Shown here in pieces: positions 17,929 through 27,595 of a DNA stretch of 39,291 bases. This DNA is from Flavobacteriaceae bacterium (lineage in GTDB: Bacteria; Bacteroidota; Bacteroidia; Flavobacteriales; Flavobacteriaceae): positions 1-39,291 of the forward strand of contig JABJFE010000105.1 of assembly GCA_018662905.1 (NCBI GenBank). Direction: 5' to 3'. A program made the position numbers and the translations under genes. Below the pieces are notes generated by a model, which was given only the letters and a program-made list of their open reading frames with translations, searched no databases and was not told where the DNA came from. How positions within the stretch are numbered: position 1 is the first letter of the stretch; the number at the start of each line of letters is the position of its first letter.

Positions 17929-19731
17929 TTAAAAACAATATTTGTTTTCTTCTTTTAATTTGTCTGCAATACTATTCTTTAATTTAATAATATTTGGATA
18001 TTCGTAATATTTTGTAAATCTTTTTAGTCCCATTAAAAGTCCTTTTTGTTCATCACCTGCCGCAAAAGATACAATCACTTCTTTCCCCTTTGATTGTATA
18101 ATATCTACAGCTTTATATAAATATAACTGAGTCATTGAAATTTGGTTAGTTTGAGTTTCTTTTCCAAGTTTATTACAATTTTTTTCTGTTCTTAATAGTG
18201 CAGATTCTATCATGTAAACTTCTATAAGTATGTCAGAAACAGCTAACAACATTTGTTGATGTTCTTCTAATTTCTCCCCAAACTTTTTTATTCCAGCACC
18301 AGCCAACATTAAAAACACTTTTTTTAAATTTTTAATAATTAGTTTTTCTTGAGAAAATAGCTCAGTTAAATCAGGCACTTCAAAAGATGGAATTCCCATT
18401 AATTCATCTGCTACTTTAGTAGCTGGACTAATAAAATCAATATGACCTTTCATTGCTTTTTTGATTAGCATTCCAACGCTTAACATTCTATTTATTTCAT
18501 TAGTACCTTCGTATATTCTACCAATTCTACAATCTCTCCATGCACCTTCCATTGGAGTTTCTGCCGAAAAACCCATTCCACCAAATATTTGAATACCTTC
18601 ATCGGCAATATTTTGCATATCCTCACTTATAGCTACTTTTAACAGTGAACATTCTATAGCGTACTCTTCAACTCCTTTAAGCTCCGATTCCTGAAAACTA
18701 TTACCACTGTCGTGTCTAATCTTAATTCGATCTTCTATATCCTTTGCAGCCCTGTATGTTGCTGATTCACCAACGTAAGTATCTGTTGCCATCATAGCAA
18801 TTTTTTCTTTTATAGCTTCGAAATCAATAATTTTTGTCTTAAATTGAATTCTCTCATTTGCATATTGCACAGCATATGATGTAACTCTTTTTTGAGCATC
18901 TAGGCATGCTGCTGCTAATTTTATTCTTCCTACATTTAAAGAGTTTACTGCTATTTTAAAACCACTTCCTCTTTCTGATAGCATATTTTCAACTGGTACT
19001 TTTGTTTCATTGAAAAACACTTGTCTTGTTGAAGATGAATGTATACCTAGTTTTTTTTCCTCATCACCCAACGTAATTCCATTGTTAGATTCGTTAGGTA
19101 CTATAAAACCTGTTATGTTCTTGTCATCATCAATTCTTGCAAAAACAATGAACAATTTTGCAAATCCAGCATTTGAAATCCACATTTTTTGACCTGTAAT
19201 TTTATAATGAGTTCCATCCTCACTTAAAACTGCTTTTGTTTTTCCACTATTAGCATCTGATCCTGCACTTGGCTCAGTCAAACAATACGATCCAAATATT
19301 TCTCCACTGGCAAGTTGTGGAACAAACTTTTTATTTTGTTCTTCATTTCCATAAAGAACTATTGGCATTGTTCCAATTCCAGTATGAGCTCCAAATGCTG
19401 TTGATAAAGAACCTACAGCTCCTGAAATAGTCTCACATACTAGCATTGTTGAAACAAATCCCATTCCCATTCCACCATACTCTTCTGGAACTGCTACTCC
19501 TAAAAAGCCAAGATCTCCAGCTTTTTTCATTATATCTTCTGTTAATTTATAATCTTTATTTTCAAATCTTTCACGATGAGGCATAACTTCTTTATCAATA
19601 AAATCTGAAACGGCTTGTTTCATCATCAGTTGTTCTTCAGAAAAATCCTCTGGTGAAAAGACATTTTCACAATTAGTTTCTTTAATTATAAATTCACCTC
19701 CTCTTGTTATATTTTTTTCATTTATACTCAT
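17929..19731 (-). CDS. Long acyl-CoA dehydrogenase (600 aa)
   Basis: CLTEPSAGSDA, QIFGGMGF and RIYEGTNEINR are ACAD motifs. The extra C-terminal domain is typical of the ~600-aa class. Last gene of the marR-fad operon. Confidence 0.9.
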   Translation of the reverse strand: MSINEKNITRGGEFIIKETNCENVFSPEDFSEEQLMMKQAVSDFIDKEVMPHRERFENKDYKLTEDIMKKAGDLGFLGVAVPEEYGGMGMGFVSTMLVCETISGAVGSLSTAFGAHTGIGTMPIVLYGNEEQNKKFVPQLASGEIFGSYCLTEPSAGSDANSGKTKAVLSEDGTHYKITGQKMWISNAGFAKLFIVFARIDDDKNITGFIVPNESNNGITLGDEEKKLGIHSSSTRQVFFNETKVPVENMLSERGSGFKIAVNSLNVGRIKLAAACLDAQKRVTSYAVQYANERIQFKTKIIDFEAIKEKIAMMATDTYVGESATYRAAKDIEDRIKIRHDSGNSFQESELKGVEEYAIECSLLKVAISEDMQNIADEGIQIFGGMGFSAETPMEGAWRDCRIGRIYEGTNEINRMLSVGMLIKKAMKGHIDFISPATKVADELMGIPSFEVPDLTELFSQEKLIIKNLKKVFLMLAGAGIKKFGEKLEEHQQMLLAVSDILIEVYMIESALLRTEKNCNKLGKETQTNQISMTQLYLYKAVDIIQSKGKEVIVSFAAGDEQKGLLMGLKRFTKYYEYPNIIKLKNSIADKLKEENKYCF

Positions 19732-19740
19732 AATAATTTT

Positions 19741-20925
19741 TTAATTTAAAAATTCATAGATTCCTGCTGCTCCTTGACCAGTTCCAACACACATTGTTAC
19801 CATACCGTATTTAGATTTTCTATCTCTCATTTCATTAAAAAGCTGAACTGATAATTTAGCTCCTGAACATCCTAAAGGATGACCCAGTGCTATAGCTCCA
19901 CCATTAACATTGATAATTTCAGGATTTAAATTTAACTCTCTAATTACTGCTAATGATTGAGAAGAAAATGCTTCATTTAGTTCAATTAAATCAATATTAT
20001 CAATTTTCATGTCAGCTTGCTTTAAAACTTTTGGAATAGCTTTAACAGGACCTATTCCCATTATTTTTGGTGGAACACCAGCTACAGCATAATTAACTAG
20101 TCTGGCAATTGGTTCTATATTTAATTCTTTCACCATTTTTTCACTCATTATTAATACAAACGCTGCACCATCGCTCATTTGAGATGAATTACCAGCTGTG
20201 ACGCTACCATTCATTGTGAATACAGGTCTAAGTTTATTCAAAACCTTGAGATTTGTATCTTTTCTAGGTCCTTCATCAGTATCTACCGTATATTCTCTAA
20301 ATGCTTTTTTTCCATTTTCATCAAGATAAGTTTCTTCAACTTTAATTGGAACTATTTGAGATTTGAACTTACCTTTTGAAATAGCATCAACTGCCTTTGA
20401 ATGAGAATTTAATGCAAATTCGTCTTGATCTTCCCTGTTAATATTAAATTGTTGTGCAACTTGCTCAGCTGTTAATCCCATTCCCCAGTAATAATCCTCT
20501 TTACCTTGTTGTGCAATAGCATAGTCTGGAACAGGTTTATACCCACCCATTGGTATAAAACTCATGCTTTCTACTCCTCCAGCTATTATACAGTCAGCCA
20601 TTCCTGATTTAATTTTTGCAGATGCCATAGCAATAGTCTCTAAACCAGAAGCACAGTATCTATTTACCGTAACACCCGGAACATCTTCAACTTTTAATCC
20701 CATCAAAGAGATTACTCTGCCTATATTTAAACCTTGTTCAGCTTCAGGTGTTGCATTTCCTACTATTACATCATCAATTCTAGTTTTATCGAGTTCAGGA
20801 ATCTGCTCCATCATGTGGTTTATTGTTTCTGAGGCAAGTTCATCTGGCCTTTTAAATCTAAACAATCCCTTTGGTGCCTTTCCAACAGCAGTTCTATACG
20901 CTTTAACTATATATGCTTCTTTCAT
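19741..20925 (-). CDS. Acetyl-CoA C-acyltransferase (3-ketoacyl-CoA thiolase)
   Basis: Active-site [16 protein letters not shown], and C-terminal [15 protein letters not shown] and MCVGTGQG thiolase signatures; 394 aa. Confidence 0.95.
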   Translation of the reverse strand: MKEAYIVKAYRTAVGKAPKGLFRFKRPDELASETINHMMEQIPELDKTRIDDVIVGNATPEAEQGLNIGRVISLMGLKVEDVPGVTVNRYCASGLETIAMASAKIKSGMADCIIAGGVESMSFIPMGGYKPVPDYAIAQQGKEDYYWGMGLTAEQVAQQFNINREDQDEFALNSHSKAVDAISKGKFKSQIVPIKVEETYLDENGKKAFREYTVDTDEGPRKDTNLKVLNKLRPVFTMNGSVTAGNSSQMSDGAAFVLIMSEKMVKELNIEPIARLVNYAVAGVPPKIMGIGPVKAIPKVLKQADMKIDNIDLIELNEAFSSQSLAVIRELNLNPEIINVNGGAIALGHPLGCSGAKLSVQLFNEMRDRKSKYGMVTMCVGTGQGAAGIYEFLN

Positions 20926-20928
20926 AAT

Positions 20929-23334
20929 TTAATTTCTTAAAGGTTTACCTGTTTTTAAAATGTGCTGTATTCTTTCTAATGTTTTTCTTTCTGAACAAAG
21001 AGAAAGAAAAGCTTCTCTTTCTAAGTCTAGTAAATATTGTTCGTTTACAAATGTTGCTTTTGATAAATCACCTCCACTAATAACATAGGCAATTTTATTA
21101 GCTATTTTTTGATCATGCTCTGAAATATATTTTCCAGCTTTCATTGTATCAGTTCCAACCATAAACATACCTAGAGCTTGTTTGCCTAAGACTTTAATAT
21201 TTTTTTCACTGCAAGGGGGTAAATATCCATAATCAGACATTAAAATTGCATGTTTTTTAGCAATTGAAATTTGATGATTTTTGTTCATTATTATCGTGTC
21301 ATTATTTGGTTCTAAATATCCTAAATCAACTGCTTCGTAAGCTGAAGTTGATGTTTTAGCCATTCCAATATTCAGAAAGTATTCTTGAAGCACATTTAAC
21401 TCCACATCATTTTTGCTAAATTTCTTTGAAGCTCTAAGTGCCATTTCTTTACAACCTCCTCCACCTGGAATTAATCCAGCTCCTACTTCTACTAAACCTA
21501 TATAACTCTCACTATAAACTACTGCCTTGTCACAATGCATAGTTACCTCACATCCTCCACCTAAAGTAAGACCATGAGGAGCTGCAATTACAGGAATGTT
21601 GGAATATCTTAACTTCATCATGCTATCTTGGAAATATTTTATAGCCATATTAATTTCGTCATATTCTTGTTCAGCCGCGGCCATAAATATTGCCCCTAAA
21701 TTTGCCCCAGCTGAGAAATGAGATCCTTCATTACCTATGACAATTCCTCTATAGTTTTTTTCAGCTAAATCAACAGCTTTATTTAGGCCCATTAGTACTC
21801 CTTGTCCAAGAGTATTCATTTTAGTTCTAAATTCAATATTCAAAACACCATCTCCTATATCTTTAATTATCGAATCATTGTTTTCCCAAACTGTTGAACT
21901 TGTATTTAAGTTATTTAGTATGATAAGAGAGTCTTGACCAGGCTTAATAATAAAAGATTTAGTATTTAAATCGTAATAATTTATTTTACTGTCTTCGATT
22001 TTATAAAAACAGTCAATCTTATTGTTTATCATTTCAGAAATCCATTTTGCAGGCTTGTGCCCTAAAGATTCCATGATTTCAACTCCTTTTTTAATACCTA
22101 TCGAATTCCATATTTGAAATGGTCCGTTTTTCCATCCAAACCCTGCTCTTAATGCATCATCTACCCTGTAAAGTTCATCAGATATTTCAGGTATTCTGTT
22201 TTGAATGTAAGAAAACATTGTTCCAAAGTTAAATCTATAAAATTCTCCAGCTTTGTCAGAGCCATTTACCAGTACTGAAAACCTGTCTATTACATTGCTA
22301 ATTTTTTTAGCATTATTTAATGTTTCAAACGAAACTTTTTTAACAGGTGAATATTCTAAAGTTTTTAAGTCTAATGAAAGAATAGTAGATTTTCCATTTT
22401 CATCTTTAATTCTTTTGTAAAATCCTCCATCTGTTTTAGAACCTAGCCAATTGTTTTCTAACATTGTATAAATGTATTTAGGCAGCTTAAAAGTATCTCT
22501 AAATTCATCGTTAGGGCAATTGTCATAAATACCTGTTGCTACATTCACAGTTGTATCTAATCCAACAACATCACTAGTTCTAAATGTAGCAGATTTTGGA
22601 CTTCCAATAATAGGTCCAGTTAGTTTGTCTATTTCTTCAATTGTTAAATTTAATTTTTCAACGTTATTTAATATATTAACCATTCCAAATGTTCCAATCC
22701 TGTTTCCAATAAAACCTGGTGTATCTTTGGCTAAAACTGAATCTTTTCCTAAAAATCTCTCCCCAAAATCATTTAGGAAATCAATTATTTCTGGTTTACA
22801 ATCTGGACCAGGAATGATTTCAAATAATTTTAAATATCGAGGTGGGTTAAAAAAATGTGTTACGGCAAAGTTCTTTCTAAAATCTTCAGATCTTCCCTCA
22901 TTCATTTGTTTTATTGGGATTCCAGATGTATTAGATGTAATTAGAGTACCGTTCGTTCTATGTTTTTCAATTTGTTCAAAAACAATTTGTTTAATATTTA
23001 ATTTTTCGGTAACAACTTCAATAATCCAATCAACTTTACTTATCTTTTGTATGTCATCTGTAAGATTACCTAGCTCTATTCTTTTAGCAAAATTTTTATG
23101 GTAAAGTGGAGCAGGTTTAGATTTTATACATCTTTGAAACATTTCAGTTACTATTCTATTTTTAACTTTTTTATCATCAAGTGAAAGACCAAGTTTTTCT
23201 TCTTTTTCATTTAATTTGTTAGGAGTTATATCTAACAACAAAACTTTTATTCCAACATTTGCAAAATGACATGCAATTCCAGACCCCATAACTCCGGATC
23301 CAATTACTGCAACACTCTTTATATTTCTTTTCAT
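20929..23334 (-). CDS. Bifunctional 3-hydroxyacyl-CoA dehydrogenase / enoyl-CoA hydratase (reversed domain order relative to E. coli FadB)
   Basis: N-terminal Rossmann VAVIGSGVMGSGIA (3-hydroxyacyl-CoA dehydrogenase) and C-terminal crotonase region (GNEGSHFSAGANLG...GGGCE); 801 aa. Confidence 0.9.
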   Translation of the reverse strand: MKRNIKSVAVIGSGVMGSGIACHFANVGIKVLLLDITPNKLNEKEEKLGLSLDDKKVKNRIVTEMFQRCIKSKPAPLYHKNFAKRIELGNLTDDIQKISKVDWIIEVVTEKLNIKQIVFEQIEKHRTNGTLITSNTSGIPIKQMNEGRSEDFRKNFAVTHFFNPPRYLKLFEIIPGPDCKPEIIDFLNDFGERFLGKDSVLAKDTPGFIGNRIGTFGMVNILNNVEKLNLTIEEIDKLTGPIIGSPKSATFRTSDVVGLDTTVNVATGIYDNCPNDEFRDTFKLPKYIYTMLENNWLGSKTDGGFYKRIKDENGKSTILSLDLKTLEYSPVKKVSFETLNNAKKISNVIDRFSVLVNGSDKAGEFYRFNFGTMFSYIQNRIPEISDELYRVDDALRAGFGWKNGPFQIWNSIGIKKGVEIMESLGHKPAKWISEMINNKIDCFYKIEDSKINYYDLNTKSFIIKPGQDSLIILNNLNTSSTVWENNDSIIKDIGDGVLNIEFRTKMNTLGQGVLMGLNKAVDLAEKNYRGIVIGNEGSHFSAGANLGAIFMAAAEQEYDEINMAIKYFQDSMMKLRYSNIPVIAAPHGLTLGGGCEVTMHCDKAVVYSESYIGLVEVGAGLIPGGGGCKEMALRASKKFSKNDVELNVLQEYFLNIGMAKTSTSAYEAVDLGYLEPNNDTIIMNKNHQISIAKKHAILMSDYGYLPPCSEKNIKVLGKQALGMFMVGTDTMKAGKYISEHDQKIANKIAYVISGGDLSKATFVNEQYLLDLEREAFLSLCSERKTLERIQHILKTGKPLRN

Positions 23335-23352
23335 TTTTTGTTCTTTTTTGAG

Positions 23353-23790
23353 TTAAAAATTGAATATTTTTTTATTCTTTATAAGATTATTTATTTTTTC
23401 AATTGTATTGTGAAAATTTTCAAAAGATTCATCTCCAATATCATCCTTTATTACTTGATTAAATTTTAAAACAGCTACTCTGGAGGCATCTCTATTAACT
23501 TTTCCTCTTTCTGTTAAATAAATGAGTACACTTCTTCCATCATCAGGGTTTGGTTTCCTTTCAATTAATTTTTTTTCTTCAAGTGATTTAAGTGTCCTTG
23601 ACAAGCTAGTAGCTTCCATTCCCATTTTTGGTCCAAGTGAAGTAGAGGGGGTACCTTTTTTTGGATCTATACTAAGAAGAGCAAATCCAGTGGCCATCGT
23701 TGAATCATATTTAGATGCTTCTTCGTTATACATTCTAGCAATTGCTTGCCAAGTTGATCTAAGTAAATGGTCGATGGTTTTTTTTTCCAC
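23353..23790 (-). CDS. MarR-family transcriptional regulator, first gene of the beta-oxidation operon
   Basis: 145 aa with a winged-helix core (LSRTLKSLEEKKLIERKPNPDDGRSVLIYLTERG). GTG start at 23790. 18 nt upstream of the FadB-like gene. Confidence 0.85.
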   Translation of the reverse strand: MEKKTIDHLLRSTWQAIARMYNEEASKYDSTMATGFALLSIDPKKGTPSTSLGPKMGMEATSLSRTLKSLEEKKLIERKPNPDDGRSVLIYLTERGKVNRDASRVAVLKFNQVIKDDIGDESFENFHNTIEKINNLIKNKKIFNF

Positions 23791-23795
23791 TAAAC

Positions 23796-23803
23796 CAAAT
23801 TTA
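23796..23803 (-). promoter_or_regulatory. Candidate -7 box (TAaaTTTG on minus strand) for the marR-fad operon
   Basis: Plus-strand caaattta is the reverse complement of TAnnTTTG. It lies 5 nt upstream of the GTG start and abuts the 38-bp palindrome. Confidence 0.5.
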
Positions 23804-23840
23804 ATAAAAAAATACTATGCACGCATAGTATTTTTTTATT
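23803..23840 (-). terminator. 38-bp perfect palindrome (18-bp arms, 2-nt spacer). Probable purL terminator; also a candidate operator for the marR-fad promoter.
   Basis: aataaaaaaatactatgc (23803-23820), spacer ac, gcatagtatttttttatt (23823-23840). The arms are exact reverse complements, with an A7 run on one side and a T7 run on the other, so it reads as hairpin plus U-tract on either strand. It begins 5 nt after the purL stop codon. Confidence 0.6.
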
Positions 23841-23844
23841 TTTT

Positions 23845-26800
23845 TTAAATATTTCTATCTAACCAATCTTTTGCGTTTTCAAATGCCAAAATCCAAGGTG
23901 ATACTTCATCTTTTCTATTATTTGGGTAATAGGGCCAGTTCCATTGAAAAGTTGACCTTTCAAGGTGCGGCATCATTGCAATATGTCTTCCGTTAGAATT
24001 ACTAATTATTGCCGTGTTGTAATCAGACCCATTTGGATTAGCAGGGTAGGAGCTATATCCATATTTACCAATTATACTATATTTATTTTCGTTGTAAGGG
24101 AGCTTAAATTTACCTTCTCCGTGTGCTGACCAGATACCTAGTTTTGAACCAGATAAACTTTTAAACATTACAGAGTCATTTTTTTGAATTTCAACAGAGG
24201 TAAAAATACATTCAAACTTATTAGAGTCGTTATGGTCCATCTTAGGTTTTATTTCATGTTCAGGGTGAAGTAAACCAAGTTCAACAAACAATTGACATCC
24301 ATTACAAACTCCAAGTGACAATGTATTTTCTCTTTTGTAGAAATTCATCAAACTATTTTTTGCTTTTTCATTATATAAAAATGATCCAGCCCATCCTTTT
24401 GCAGAACCAAGTACATCAGAGTTTGAAAATCCACCTACTGCAACAATAAAATTAATGTCTTCTAAATTTTCTCTTCCAGAAATTAAATCAGTCATATGTA
24501 CATCTTTAACTTCAAAACCTGCTAAACTCATTGCATATGCCATTTCTCTTTCAGAATTACTTCCCTTTTCTCTAATAACAGCAGCTTTTACTTTGTTTAA
24601 ATTTTTAAGATTAATCTTTCCATTAAAATTTTTAGGAAAATTAAAATTCAAAGAATGTGTTTTAAAATTTTGAAATCTTTCTTTTGCTTTAATTTCACCA
24701 CTTTGATTTTTATCTAATAAATATGATGTTTTAAACCAAATATCTCTGTAATTATACACATCTAAATTTAGACTAGTTGTATCAGATTTTAATTCTAATT
24801 TGGAGTTATTAGTTACGTTTCCAATTTTCAAAAAATGAATATTATTTTCATTTAAAATTGTTTCAATTTCAGTTTTACCTTGAAAAACTAAACCTAAACT
24901 TTCACTAAATAATACTCTTATTAAATCTTTTTCTTCAAATTTATTAAGGTCAATATTTGCTCCTAAATTATTTTCAGCAAAACACATTTCTAGTATAGTG
25001 GTTATTAATCCTCCTGAACTAATATCGTGACCAGATGAAATCAAGTTATCTTTTATTAGATTTTGAAAAACATTAAATGTTTTTTTAAAATATGAAGGGT
25101 CACATGTGTCGATTGTAGAAGATCCCACAAACTCTAAAGTTTGACTTAATGCAGAACCTCCAATATTGAAGTTATTATTTGCTAGATTAATGTAATATAT
25201 ATTTTGATCATTATTTTGAAAAACTGGTTCAATTATATTTAAAATATCGTTACAATTTGCAGCTGCTGAAATAATTACAGTTCCTGGTGAGATCACTTCT
25301 TTATCTTTATATTTTTGCTTCATTGATAAAGAGTCTTTTCCAGTAGGAATATTTATACCTAATTCAATTGCAAAATTTGAACAAGATTCGACAGCTTCAT
25401 ACAATCTAGCATCTTCGCCTGGATTATTACATGGCCACATCCAATTGGCAGACAAAGTAACTGATTGTAAATTTTTCTCTAGTGGAGCCCAAATTATATT
25501 AGTTAATGCTTTACCAATTGCTATTCTTGATCCTGCTTTAGGATTAATCAATGCTGGTATAGGCGCGTGACCTATTGATGTTGCTACACCATTTCTTCCA
25601 CTATAATCTAATGCCATAACTCCACAATTATTGAGAGGAAGTTGTAAAGAGCCAACACATTGTTGTTTGGCAACCTTACCTGTAACACACCTGTCAACTT
25701 TGTTTGTTAGCCAGTCTTTACATGCAACTGATTCTAAGCTTAATACGTTTTTTAAATATTTCTCAAATAGATCTGTACTGTAAGATTTATCGGGATAAAC
25801 TTTGTTAATAGTATTGTCTCTCATTACAGTTTTTGGTGAACTTCCAAAAAAGTCTGATAACGATAGATTTATTGGAGATGTATTATTTTTTTTAGACTTA
25901 ATTTGAAATTTTTCATCATTTTTAATTTTACCAACTTTGTAGCATGGAGCTTTTTCTCTATCGGCTATTGTTTTAAGTTTTTCATACTTGCTATCTGGAA
26001 TAATTAATCCCATTCTCTCTTGCGATTCATTTCCAATAATTTCTTTTGCTGAAAGTGTTTTATCTCCAACGGGAAGTTGATCCAAATCGATTAGACCACC
26101 AGTTTCTTCAACCAATTCAGATAAGCAATTTAAATGTCCTCCAGCTCCATGATCATGTATTGAAACAATAGAGTTTTTATCAGATTCAACAAAAGCTCTT
26201 ATAGCATTAGCAACTCTTTTTTGCATTTCAGGGTTAGATCTTTGTACAGCATTTAATTCAATTCCAGAACTATAATTTCCTGTTTCAGTTGATGAAACAG
26301 CTGCACCACCCATACCAATTCTATAATTATCTCCGCCTAAAACAACAATTACATCATCTTCACTAGGTTTATCTTTTAAGCTTTGATCTTCTTTTGCAAA
26401 ACCAATTCCTCCAGCTAGCATTATAACTTTATCAAAACCAAGTATTTTTTCGTTTTCAATATGTTCAAAAGTTAATACGGATCCAGAAATTAAAGGTTGA
26501 CCAAATTTATTTCCAAAATCTGATGCTCCATTTGAGGCTTTTATTAAAATATCTAATGGTGTTTGATATAACCAAGATCTTTCTTCTTTTACCCACTTTC
26601 TATTTTTATTATATCTTGGATAAGATGTCATATAAACGGCGGTTCCAGCAAGAGGAAGTGATCCTTTTCCACCTGCAAGTCTATCTCTTATTTCTCCGCC
26701 TGATCCTGTAGCAGCTCCGTTAAATGGCTCTACAGTTGTTGGAAAGTTATGTGTTTCAGCCTTTAAAGAAATAACCGAATTAAATTTAGATGTTTCAAAA

Positions 26801-27489
26801 TATGAAGGTTTGTCTCCGTGTTTAGGAGCAAATTGCTCCACTTTAGGTCCTTTAACAAAAGCTACATTATCCTTGTATGCAGAAACAATTTCATTAGGAT
26901 TTTTTTTAGATGTTTTTTTAATTAGTTTAAATAATGAGCTGTCTTTTTCAATCCCATCTATAATAAATTTTCCATTAAAAATTTTATGACGACAATGTTC
27001 AGAATTTACCTGAGAAAATCCGAACACTTCACTATCAGTTAGTTTTCTTTCTAATTTATTAGACAACTCGTTTAAATAATTTATTTCTTCTTTATTTAGA
27101 GCAAGTCCTTCCTTAAAATTATAATCTGAAATATCTTCAATTTCAATAATTGGCTTTGGGCTTACAGATGTTTTAAATAATTTTTGATCAAGTATTGGAT
27201 ACTCTTCCGAGAGCATTGGGTCAAAATCGTTATCAGATTTTTTGGGAGTAAATTTTTCAATTCTTAATATTCCTGAAATCGCCATGTTTTCTGAAATTTC
27301 TACCGCATTTGTGCTCCAGGGAGAAATCATGGTTTTTTTTGGACCTATAAAATTTGAATTAATAGACGATTTATTAATGTGTTTAGCTACAAACAACCAT
27401 TCTAGTTTTTTTAAATCAATTTCATTTAATTCAATTGATGAATCAACGGCGAAAATCGTTTCAAATTTGTCTTTAAAATAGAGGATCAT
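23845..27489 (-). CDS. purL: Phosphoribosylformylglycinamidine synthase, single-chain large form
   Basis: 1214 aa. Central duplicated AIR-synthase-like domains and a C-terminal glutaminase with GVCNGCQ nucleophile and MPHLER region. Confidence 0.95.
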   Translation of the reverse strand: MILYFKDKFETIFAVDSSIELNEIDLKKLEWLFVAKHINKSSINSNFIGPKKTMISPWSTNAVEISENMAISGILRIEKFTPKKSDNDFDPMLSEEYPILDQKLFKTSVSPKPIIEIEDISDYNFKEGLALNKEEINYLNELSNKLERKLTDSEVFGFSQVNSEHCRHKIFNGKFIIDGIEKDSSLFKLIKKTSKKNPNEIVSAYKDNVAFVKGPKVEQFAPKHGDKPSYFETSKFNSVISLKAETHNFPTTVEPFNGAATGSGGEIRDRLAGGKGSLPLAGTAVYMTSYPRYNKNRKWVKEERSWLYQTPLDILIKASNGASDFGNKFGQPLISGSVLTFEHIENEKILGFDKVIMLAGGIGFAKEDQSLKDKPSEDDVIVVLGGDNYRIGMGGAAVSSTETGNYSSGIELNAVQRSNPEMQKRVANAIRAFVESDKNSIVSIHDHGAGGHLNCLSELVEETGGLIDLDQLPVGDKTLSAKEIIGNESQERMGLIIPDSKYEKLKTIADREKAPCYKVGKIKNDEKFQIKSKKNNTSPINLSLSDFFGSSPKTVMRDNTINKVYPDKSYSTDLFEKYLKNVLSLESVACKDWLTNKVDRCVTGKVAKQQCVGSLQLPLNNCGVMALDYSGRNGVATSIGHAPIPALINPKAGSRIAIGKALTNIIWAPLEKNLQSVTLSANWMWPCNNPGEDARLYEAVESCSNFAIELGINIPTGKDSLSMKQKYKDKEVISPGTVIISAAANCNDILNIIEPVFQNNDQNIYYINLANNNFNIGGSALSQTLEFVGSSTIDTCDPSYFKKTFNVFQNLIKDNLISSGHDISSGGLITTILEMCFAENNLGANIDLNKFEEKDLIRVLFSESLGLVFQGKTEIETILNENNIHFLKIGNVTNNSKLELKSDTTSLNLDVYNYRDIWFKTSYLLDKNQSGEIKAKERFQNFKTHSLNFNFPKNFNGKINLKNLNKVKAAVIREKGSNSEREMAYAMSLAGFEVKDVHMTDLISGRENLEDINFIVAVGGFSNSDVLGSAKGWAGSFLYNEKAKNSLMNFYKRENTLSLGVCNGCQLFVELGLLHPEHEIKPKMDHNDSNKFECIFTSVEIQKNDSVMFKSLSGSKLGIWSAHGEGKFKLPYNENKYSIIGKYGYSSYPANPNGSDYNTAIISNSNGRHIAMMPHLERSTFQWNWPYYPNNRKDEVSPWILAFENAKDWLDRNI

Positions 27490-27515
27490 TGATGAATTTA
27501 TTTAAAATACAGAAC

Positions 27516-27523
27516 CAAAAATA
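27516..27523 (-). promoter_or_regulatory. Candidate -7 box (TAttTTTG on minus strand) for purL
   Basis: Plus-strand caaaaata is the reverse complement of TAnnTTTG. It lies 26 nt upstream of the purL ATG (27489-27487). Confidence 0.45.
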
Positions 27524-27595
27524 TAAGAAATAAAGCAAAAAGCTCTTCTTAAATTTGAAATTTAAATAACGATTTTGAATTACTTATTAACATCG

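Noticed and set aside
27549-27565. AT-only palindrome ttaaattt-g-aaatttaa in the spacer between the rRNA methyltransferase gene and purL. It also contains a plus-strand TAaaTTTG that would point antisense into the methyltransferase gene.
   Set aside because: The arms are 8 bp with no G:C pair, so stability is negligible. Such palindromes and single TAnnTTTG hits are expected by chance in ~30% GC DNA, and nothing is available for the motif to drive on the plus strand.
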